Virus record (IMG/VR): IMGVR_UViG_3300011441_000005
Span: 1 to 40,301 of that record
Source of the DNA: a virus
Strand: one strand, 5' to 3'
DNA length: 40,301 nt
Shown: one piece after another, positions 10,188 to 17,757 of the stretch
How positions within the stretch are numbered: position 1 is the stretch's first letter
How the letters are laid out: every line of letters begins with the position of its first letter
The notes under the pieces: model-generated
Told to the model about the DNA's origin: nothing
The model's database searches: none
Seen by the model: the letters and a program-made list of their open reading frames with translations, nothing else
Program-made: the position numbers and the translations under genes

Positions 10188-11776
10188 TGGGCGTCGGCAG
10201 AACGATTGGCATGATAGGCGGCGGCGTGGGGGGCTTTTTCCTCGGCGGTCCGGCCGGGGCCGCACTTGGCGCAGCCGGCGGAGGGCTCCTCGGCGACCAG
10301 TTTGACGAAGATCCCGCAACGAAGTACCAGCCATCGGGGCGGATTGCCCGCGATGCGCCGCGGTATGGGGGCCTAGGTCTCAACGCTGAGGCGGACCGCG
10401 CGAGTCGGCTTGGCGCAGAGGGCGCGGCGGGCACGCGGTTTCTGGGGCGCCAGCTCGGGGCCGATGCGGCGTCGGGGCAGTACAACGCCTATCTTGGCCA
10501 ACGCGGCGCGAACGACCGCGCCGCCGGCCTCTACGGCGATGCGGCGGGCGCCTACGGCCGGGCCGAGGGAAACGCTTCGGATGCGGCGGCAGCGCGCGGC
10601 GATTCCATGGCGGCCATTGGCCGGCTGCGGTCGTTCTACGAGCAGGGCCCTGGGCCGAGCGCCGCAGAGGCGCAGCTGCGCATGGGCCAAGACGCCAACG
10701 CCCGCAACGCGCTTTCGATTGCGCGCACCGGCGGTGGCTCCCCTTCGGCCGTCCGGGCCGCGCTCCGCTCGAGTGCCGTTGGCGGTGCGCAGACCAACCA
10801 GCAGGCCGGCGTTATTCGAGCCCAGGAGGCCGCCAATTGGCAGAACACGCGGCTTAACGCCATGGGCGCCGAGCAGAACGCGCTTTCGGGCGTGCGCGCG
10901 GGCGACGTTGGCATCATGGGCCAGCGGTTCGGCTCGGGCGCCACGATGCTAGGCGCGGCCGGCGGCGCTGCGAATACGGGGCTCGGCTACGGCAATCTAG
11001 GGGCTGCGTACGGCGCGCAGGGTATCCAGGGCCAGCTCGGCGCCGAGGGTATGGCGATCGGGCAGACGCAGGCCGGCGAGGCCGCGCGGCAGGGCATTCT
11101 GGGCAACCAGCTCGGTGCCGACACGAGCCGATACGGTGCCGACCGAGGCGTTTCCGTGGGCATGGCGAACATTGCCCAGCGCGACCGCGCGGCGGACATG
11201 AACATGTACGGCTCGCTCATCGGCTCCGGCGTCAACATGCTCTCCGACGTTCGCGCGAAGGAGAACATTCGCCCGGTCAGTGCTGCCAGCATCGTTGAGC
11301 GGCTGGACGCGCTGGAAGGTGGCGCGAGGCCGGCATGGCTAGATGAGCCGGAGCCTGGCCAGATCCACGAGAGGGTCGACCGTCTCCAAACGCTCAACGG
11401 TGAGCCTGGCCAGGGCATGGCCGGCGCGACCAATGACGGCATCAGCGATGCAATTCGCAGGATACCGCCAATGCGTAGGTCGACCGACCTGCGTCCGGCT
11501 GGGTCCTACGCGTGGGACTACAAGGACCCGCGCAACGGGCCTGACAACCAGGTCACGCCGATGGCTCAGGAGCTCGAGCAGACCGCGGCGGCTGGCGCCG
11601 TGAGCACCGGGCCGGACGGCATGAAACGGGTCGATCCGGCCAGGCTGACCATGACGAACACGGCGGCCATCGGCGAGCAGCAACGCCGATTGGACGAGCT
11701 GGAGGCGCTGGTGGCGAGGGCCGGGGCTGCGCCCGCCGCGTCGCGCCCGCGGCTCATCAGGGGGGAGCGATACTGA
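10187..11776 (+). CDS. Virion protein with N-terminal glycine zipper and C-terminal peptidase S74 intramolecular-chaperone domain
   Basis: 529 aa. The N-terminus reads GMIGGGVGGFFLGGPAGAALGAAGGGLLG and the middle is G/A/Q/N-rich. From Ser353 (nt 11243) it reads SDVRAKENIRPV...YAWDYKDP...TPMAQELEQ...RVDPARL...IGEQQRRLDELEALV, which is the S74 fiber-chaperone signature. Confidence 0.7.
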   Translation: MGVGRTIGMIGGGVGGFFLGGPAGAALGAAGGGLLGDQFDEDPATKYQPSGRIARDAPRYGGLGLNAEADRASRLGAEGAAGTRFLGRQLGADAASGQYNAYLGQRGANDRAAGLYGDAAGAYGRAEGNASDAAAARGDSMAAIGRLRSFYEQGPGPSAAEAQLRMGQDANARNALSIARTGGGSPSAVRAALRSSAVGGAQTNQQAGVIRAQEAANWQNTRLNAMGAEQNALSGVRAGDVGIMGQRFGSGATMLGAAGGAANTGLGYGNLGAAYGAQGIQGQLGAEGMAIGQTQAGEAARQGILGNQLGADTSRYGADRGVSVGMANIAQRDRAADMNMYGSLIGSGVNMLSDVRAKENIRPVSAASIVERLDALEGGARPAWLDEPEPGQIHERVDRLQTLNGEPGQGMAGATNDGISDAIRRIPPMRRSTDLRPAGSYAWDYKDPRNGPDNQVTPMAQELEQTAAAGAVSTGPDGMKRVDPARLTMTNTAAIGEQQRRLDELEALVARAGAAPAASRPRLIRGERY

Positions 11777-13597
11777 ATGGCCCTCGTTCGCTTCGACCAG
11801 GACCCCGAGCTTCAGCCTGGCGCCGGCATCTTCCACGCCGACGACGGAAGCTCGTTCCCTGCGTACGACCCTGACATGGCGGCGCAGTTGTCGCCAGAGC
11901 TTCAGGCCGCGGCAGCGCCGCCGCCGGACATGCGCACGGCCGACGTGGCCGATATCAACGCAATCGCCCGCGAGCTCGGCGGTGGCCAGCAGATGCCCAT
12001 GCCGCCGCGCACGGCAACGGATGCGGCACCTGCAGGGTCAGACGCTGGCAAGATCCAGCAAGCGCTATTCCGCCAGGAGGCCGCACAGCCGCCGGCGCAG
12101 GCCGCACCGGCGGAGCCTGCGAGCCCCGCGCTTGCTCAGGCGTCGGAGCTGCAAAACAACATCGACGCGTACGCCAACCGGCCCGTCTACGAGGCCCCAC
12201 GCCGCGGCGGTGTTCTGCCGACGACCCAGCAAGAGACGCGCGAAACGTCGGGCATGCCGTACGACCCAAACGGGCCCGAGGCGCAGGCTCGCGCCGAAGC
12301 CAGCATCAACGTCAACATGGCAGGCTCGGCCAAGGCGCAAGCCGAAGCGGCGCGAGCGATGGGCGAAGCGGCGGCCTACCAGGCGGCGCTACCTCAGGTT
12401 GAAGAGCAAGCGCGCGTGGCGCAGATGCGCCGCGACATGCAGGAGCGGCAGTACCGGCGGGACCGAGACGACTTGGAGCGGCTCACCGAAGAGTCGGACC
12501 GCACCGCGAAGTCCTTCGATGCTAACCGCTGGTTCTCGGACCGCGGGGCCATCGGTCAGATCGGGGCCGCGATCGCGCAGGCGTTTGGAGCCGGAGCGGC
12601 GGCGCTCACCGGCGGGCCGAACGTCGTGCTTAACCAGATCAATAGCTACATCGACCGCGACATCGCTACCCAGCGAGCGCAGATCGAGGCCGGCAAAGAG
12701 GCCGCTGGCAACCAGCTCGCGGTGCTCAATCGCCAATTCGGCAACCTCGACCAAGCCGAAGCGGCTCTGAAGATTGCCCAGCAAAAGAAGGTCGAGACGA
12801 TGGCAGCGAGCTACGCCGCGTCGACCAAGAGCGAAGACATCAAGACGGCGCTCGACGTGTGGCTGGCCGAGGGCGAGCAGCGGCGGGTTGCGGCCGAGCA
12901 GCAATTCCAGAACGCGGCTTACGGCAAGACGAGTCTGACCACGGCGGCGAAGGTCGTCCCGAGCTCGCGCGGCGGCATGCGCGATCCCACGGAGGCAGAG
13001 GTCTCCAAGCGATACGACACGCTCAGCAAGCGCGGCGGTGTCGTCGGCGGGACGTACGAAAACGAGCTGAAGCGCCAGAAGGCCGAGGGGATGGACCCCG
13101 AGAAGGCCGACAAGACGCGCGAGCTCGTCATCGAGGACCTGCAAGGCAATCAAGTCGTCGCGCGGTCGGCGCCTGAAGCGACGAAGATCCGCGAATACAA
13201 GGGCCTTCACGCGGACGCGGTGGGCTCGATCAATGCCCTCGGCTCGCTCGCTAAGAGCGGCACGTCGCTCAGCCCGAACGACCTGCGCTCTGTCGATATC
13301 CACCTAGAAAACGTTCTCAACACCGGCAACACGATGGGCGGCCAGGGCGTCGTTCGTAGCGAAGACATCGTGCGCTGGAAGGCCGCCCTGATGAACAAGG
13401 TCGGCGCCATGCCGGCAGAGCAGGCCGTGAAAGAGATGAAGGACGTTCTGGACCGCAAGTACCAGGCGCGCGTCGACGCGCAGCGCGGCTCATCGGTCAA
13501 AGAGACGCAGACGTCAAAGGGCTCGCAGGTCAAGTACACGGGCAAAGCAGCCAAGAATCCCACCGCGGCGGTCGGTTTTAGGCAGGTGGGCAAGTGA
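11777..13597 (+). CDS. Large coiled-coil virion protein (internal/ejection or tape-measure-like)
   Basis: 606 aa, Ala/Gln/Glu/Arg-rich and predicted helical. It sits in the structural operon and its stop overlaps the next GTG start. Confidence 0.6.
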   Translation: MALVRFDQDPELQPGAGIFHADDGSSFPAYDPDMAAQLSPELQAAAAPPPDMRTADVADINAIARELGGGQQMPMPPRTATDAAPAGSDAGKIQQALFRQEAAQPPAQAAPAEPASPALAQASELQNNIDAYANRPVYEAPRRGGVLPTTQQETRETSGMPYDPNGPEAQARAEASINVNMAGSAKAQAEAARAMGEAAAYQAALPQVEEQARVAQMRRDMQERQYRRDRDDLERLTEESDRTAKSFDANRWFSDRGAIGQIGAAIAQAFGAGAAALTGGPNVVLNQINSYIDRDIATQRAQIEAGKEAAGNQLAVLNRQFGNLDQAEAALKIAQQKKVETMAASYAASTKSEDIKTALDVWLAEGEQRRVAAEQQFQNAAYGKTSLTTAAKVVPSSRGGMRDPTEAEVSKRYDTLSKRGGVVGGTYENELKRQKAEGMDPEKADKTRELVIEDLQGNQVVARSAPEATKIREYKGLHADAVGSINALGSLAKSGTSLSPNDLRSVDIHLENVLNTGNTMGGQGVVRSEDIVRWKAALMNKVGAMPAEQAVKEMKDVLDRKYQARVDAQRGSSVKETQTSKGSQVKYTGKAAKNPTAAVGFRQVGK

Positions 13598-16341
13598 CGC
13601 AGCCGCTCTTCTTCCGCGACGAGGCCGGCAAGGTCTTCGAGGTCCCGCGCGACCAGGTCGAGACGGCCAACCGCGCCGGCCTGCTACCCGCGTCGCAAAA
13701 GGACATCGACGCGGCGTTAAAGCGCGAGGCGGCCGGCACGACTGGGGCGGCGGCGAAGGCGTTTGCGGAAGGGCTTGCGAGCGGCACGCTCGACGCGGCG
13801 ACGGCGATCCCGCGGGCGGCGACGGCCATCGCTGCCCAAGTTGGCGGCGTCGCAGACCCCCTCGAGGACATGACCGGACGCGGCGCGCTCGAAACTGGCG
13901 CAGCGGCCCTTGGAGGCGGGGCGGGGACCCTGGAGGGCGCAAGGTCGTCTCAGCGGTACGCGGAGGAGGCAAGGCTCAGGGCCGAGGAGAACAGCGGCTG
14001 GTCGACGGCTGGGACGATTGGCGGCCAGGTTTTGGGCAGCGAGCTCGGCGGCCTCGGCGCGCTCGCCCGCGGCATCGGAGGTGCAGCGACGAAGGTGGCC
14101 GGCGGCGGCAGGCTGGCCCGCGTGGCTGGCTCCGGCGTGACTGGCGCGACCGAGGGCGCCCCCCTCGCGCTCGTGGCGGCCCAAGATCAGGCCTACATAG
14201 AGAACCGTAGGCTTACAGGCGAGATGGCCATCGCGGCCATGGGACACGGCGCCATTATCGGCGGCGGTATCGGTATCGCGGCCAGGGGGCTCGGCGAGGC
14301 GATCGGAGCCGGCAAGGATGCCGTGGCCAAGCGGTTCACCAAGCCGGCGACCGGCGACGACGCGGTGAAGGTGGCCGAGCAGCAATTTGGCGAGGCGGCG
14401 CCTGGCCTCCGTGACGCCTACGCGCGGGCCTCTGGAGCAGTTTCGGGGAAGGACCCGGAAGCTATCCGGGCGCTCACCGCAGGTGGCAAGGGAGGGCGCG
14501 AGGCGCGCCGCATTGCCGTGTACGAGGGCGACGCCATCCGAGAGACGGCAAAGCGCGAATTCGTCACCCACATCGACGATATGGGGGCCGCTACGCGCAA
14601 CCTCCAGGACGGGTGGCAGGGGCCCCTCAAGAAAGAGAACGTCGCCAAAGTCATCAGCCGCGGCGAGTCATCGGCTGCTCAGGTTGCGCAAGCCGACGCT
14701 CAGGTTGCCACCATCCGCGGCCGTCTCGACGAGATGTTGAACGATCCGATCGCCTACGGCCAGCAAGGCAAGCTGAAGAAGCTCGACCGGTTCGTGGCGC
14801 TTGCCGAAAGAGAACTCGGCACGGCCGTCGAAACGGGCAGCAACGAGGGTCTCTTCGTCGCGCTCGATGGGCTCAAGAAGCGGATGGGGAAGCTCACCGA
14901 TCCGGGGCGCCGGCTCACCGTGGCCGCCGATGCCGAAGTGGCCGTGGAGATGCGCGAGCTCTACGAGGGGCTGCGCCAGGGCCTCGAGAAGGAGGCCGTT
15001 TGGGGCGGCGCGGCGACGATGCAGAACGCCGTCAACGAGCCTTACACGCGGTGGATGCGGTCAAACGGCCTCTTCAGCAAGCGGTTTACGACGGAGGTTT
15101 CGGACGTCGCGGCAAACCCGTGGGAGCGCTCCTACGCGGCCGACCCGAAGGCGGCGCACGGCTACATCGAGGGCCTGACGTCCGCCAAGAACGACGTCGA
15201 TCACCAGCTCGTCCGCGCCTACATCAAAGACACCAAAGACCTTGGCACGGCGCTGGCGAAGGCCGGGGAGCTCACGCCCGAGAAGGCAGCTGAGCTCAAT
15301 CGCATTATCAAGGCGGCCGAAGGTTTCGAAGCGACCGTCGCGAAGGCCGAAAAGTCGCTCGTCCTGTCGAACCAACTCCGCGCGCTTGAGCGGCTGGAGA
15401 GCGGAAGCATGGGCGAGCTCACCGGCGCGGCCGTGGGGGGGATGGTCGGCGGACCCATTGGCGCCGCGATCGGCGCGGTCGGCGCCACCCTCAAGAACCC
15501 CGGCCTGATGGTCCGCCGGATGGCGATGATCGAGCGCATGGCCGACAAGGCCGGTGTCTCCGTTGACGGCTCGCTCGGCAAGCTATTCGCCGGCATCGAG
15601 GGCGCTGGCGCAAAGGTCAAGGCCGTGGCCACCGCAGCGAAGGGGGCTCCAACCCCCACCGCGCTCGAGCTCTTCCAGGGCAAGCACGCGACGCCCGAGC
15701 TCGCCTACAAGGAGCGGGCGCGCGAAGTGCTCGCGGCCAACGAGAACTCCGGCCAGCGCATCCGCGACAACGCTGGGAGCGTCTTCGGGAGCTCGTTCGA
15801 TGCCGATCCGCACGCCGTCGGCGCCGCGGTCATCGCGACGACGAAGGCCGTCCAGCTGCTCGCCGCGAAGCTGCCCGGCGGTCTCGTCCAGCACGAGAGC
15901 ATGACCCCGCTATCGTCAAAGACTTACCCGAGCCGGGCGGACATTCAGCAGTACGCGCAGCTGCACACCGCGGTGACCCAACCGCTCGCCGTCATCGCCG
16001 ACATCCCCAAGGGGTCGGTCACCCGCGATCAGATCGACGCCATCGCCTACGTGCACCCGGCGCTTATCCAGCACGTGCGCCTGAAGACGCTCGAGAAGCT
16101 ACGCAAGCTCGATCAGCGCGGTATCGAAGTTCCGATCCGGCAGCGGCTCATTCTCGATTCGCTGCTCGACATTGACGGCGCCGGAGAGCGCACGTTCTCC
16201 ACGGCATTCGCCATCAAGTACCAGGCGGCAATGAGCGACACGGCGGCAACCCAAAGTCAGGGCGAGCGCCCGCCGCCACGCGTCACCCAAACGAGCGCGC
16301 GAATGGCGACAGACACGGAAACGATGATTGGAGGAGAGTAG
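13594..16341 (+). CDS. Large Gly/Ala-rich virion protein (internal/ejection or tape-measure-like)
   Basis: 915 aa with a GTGA overlap start. It contains several hydrophobic Gly-rich stretches (GGQVLGSELGGLGALARGIGGAA, AIAAMGHGAIIGGGIGIAARGLG, GAAVGGMVGGPIGAAIGAVGA) of the kind seen in membrane-inserting ejection proteins and TMPs. Confidence 0.6.
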   Translation: MTQPLFFRDEAGKVFEVPRDQVETANRAGLLPASQKDIDAALKREAAGTTGAAAKAFAEGLASGTLDAATAIPRAATAIAAQVGGVADPLEDMTGRGALETGAAALGGGAGTLEGARSSQRYAEEARLRAEENSGWSTAGTIGGQVLGSELGGLGALARGIGGAATKVAGGGRLARVAGSGVTGATEGAPLALVAAQDQAYIENRRLTGEMAIAAMGHGAIIGGGIGIAARGLGEAIGAGKDAVAKRFTKPATGDDAVKVAEQQFGEAAPGLRDAYARASGAVSGKDPEAIRALTAGGKGGREARRIAVYEGDAIRETAKREFVTHIDDMGAATRNLQDGWQGPLKKENVAKVISRGESSAAQVAQADAQVATIRGRLDEMLNDPIAYGQQGKLKKLDRFVALAERELGTAVETGSNEGLFVALDGLKKRMGKLTDPGRRLTVAADAEVAVEMRELYEGLRQGLEKEAVWGGAATMQNAVNEPYTRWMRSNGLFSKRFTTEVSDVAANPWERSYAADPKAAHGYIEGLTSAKNDVDHQLVRAYIKDTKDLGTALAKAGELTPEKAAELNRIIKAAEGFEATVAKAEKSLVLSNQLRALERLESGSMGELTGAAVGGMVGGPIGAAIGAVGATLKNPGLMVRRMAMIERMADKAGVSVDGSLGKLFAGIEGAGAKVKAVATAAKGAPTPTALELFQGKHATPELAYKERAREVLAANENSGQRIRDNAGSVFGSSFDADPHAVGAAVIATTKAVQLLAAKLPGGLVQHESMTPLSSKTYPSRADIQQYAQLHTAVTQPLAVIADIPKGSVTRDQIDAIAYVHPALIQHVRLKTLEKLRKLDQRGIEVPIRQRLILDSLLDIDGAGERTFSTAFAIKYQAAMSDTAATQSQGERPPPRVTQTSARMATDTETMIGGE

Positions 16342-16342
16342 G

Positions 16343-16768
16343 ATGCTGCCCACAATAGTAGAAGAGCTGTTCGTTCCCGTCGGTCCGGTTACCGGGATGT
16401 GCTACGCCGTGCCAGTCACGTCGGGGAGCGTGCACATCGACTTGACCGCGGCAAACTACGCCGCACTCCGCACCGCCATCAACGGCGGCTGCATCGTCGA
16501 GCTCACGTGCGACGATGACGTATTTTGGCGGTGGTCGATCGCGACGAGCGGTGAGACGGTCGACCAAACCATCACCGGCGCGTCGGGGACGCAGGCGAAT
16601 ATCACGCCGCGCCTCTTCGCGGGCGAGCGCAAGGTTGAGCGCCCGGGGCTCATCAACGCCAACCAGGAGGTCAACGGCATCGTAGTCAAGAGCGTCGTCT
16701 CCGCGACCATTCTCCGGATCACCATCTGCTCGCGCAGCGCAGCGCAAAGAATGGCCCTCAACGGATGA
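16343..16768 (+). CDS. Hypothetical structural protein
   Basis: 141 aa. ATG 16343 follows GGAGGAG (16330-16336). The track start TTG 16328 overlaps the upstream gene. Confidence 0.6.
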   Translation: MLPTIVEELFVPVGPVTGMCYAVPVTSGSVHIDLTAANYAALRTAINGGCIVELTCDDDVFWRWSIATSGETVDQTITGASGTQANITPRLFAGERKVERPGLINANQEVNGIVVKSVVSATILRITICSRSAAQRMALNG

Positions 16769-17757
16769 ACCGCCGGTTCCCACCGCTCAACCCGGGCGTG
16801 CCGTTGGCCGTACGGCGGCTCCGCGCCGGGAATCCGCTCGCGCTTGCGGCGCAATACGGGCTACCGATATGGCTCCGCGCCGACATGGGAGTAACGCTCG
16901 GGTCAACGCTTTTGGCGGAGGGCACGTCGCCGCCTGTCTGGACGATATCCGGAACGCCTACGCGGCAGGTTGGGCTGCATCTCGAGATCGACTCGGTCGC
17001 CGGAGGAACTGGCCTCGGGCAAGCGACGTACAAGTGGAGCGAGAACAACGGAGCGACCTACGTCGCGACGGGCGTTGTCACCGCGGCCGGCCCCACTGCA
17101 CTAGGCACGACTGGGTTATCGGTGTCGCAAGCGGCTGGGCCTTACAATATCAACAACAAATGGGATGCGACGGTGTTGGCGTGGGCAGACCAGAGCGGCA
17201 ACGGGCGGAATGTCGCGCAGGGCACACCCGCTAGGCAGCCAAAGTTTATTCTGTCGGACACGACCGGCAGGCCGTCTATATCTGGCGATGGCGTAGACGA
17301 CTTTATGAACACAGCGTCATTTGCCACCGCTCAGCCGAGTACCGTCTTTCTCGTCATGAAGATGGTTACGGTCCAATCTCCTGGCTCCAATCATGACACG
17401 GTCTGGTCTCGCGGCGGCACACCGTTCATGCTCATCGATTCCACGCCTCGCACCATTCTCAGTGCCGGTGCGAATATTACTTACGCCGGAGCTGTGGCGA
17501 ACGGCGCGCACGCCATCATAGAGATGGTTCTAAACGGCGCCAGCGGCGAACTCGTTGAAAACGGCGTCGTGAGAGCGTCCGGCGATGTCGGGACAGACCC
17601 GGGAGGGCTCCTGACGCTGTTCTCTCTCAACGTCGGCATCGCCCACAGCGTGACGGCGAACATATCCGAGCTGATCGAGTTTTCTTCTGTTCTTCCGGCG
17701 GCGGTCAGAGCCTCGGTGCGCACGAGACTTAGCAACATTTACGGGGTGGCGCTCTAA
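16765..17757 (+). CDS. Tail-associated protein with LamG/concanavalin-like jelly-roll signature
   Basis: 330 aa with an ATGA overlap. WADQSGNGRNVAQGTPARQPKFILSDTTGRPSISGDGVDDFM resembles the LamG-type motif common in phage fiber accessory proteins. Confidence 0.5.
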   Translation: MNRRFPPLNPGVPLAVRRLRAGNPLALAAQYGLPIWLRADMGVTLGSTLLAEGTSPPVWTISGTPTRQVGLHLEIDSVAGGTGLGQATYKWSENNGATYVATGVVTAAGPTALGTTGLSVSQAAGPYNINNKWDATVLAWADQSGNGRNVAQGTPARQPKFILSDTTGRPSISGDGVDDFMNTASFATAQPSTVFLVMKMVTVQSPGSNHDTVWSRGGTPFMLIDSTPRTILSAGANITYAGAVANGAHAIIEMVLNGASGELVENGVVRASGDVGTDPGGLLTLFSLNVGIAHSVTANISELIEFSSVLPAAVRASVRTRLSNIYGVAL

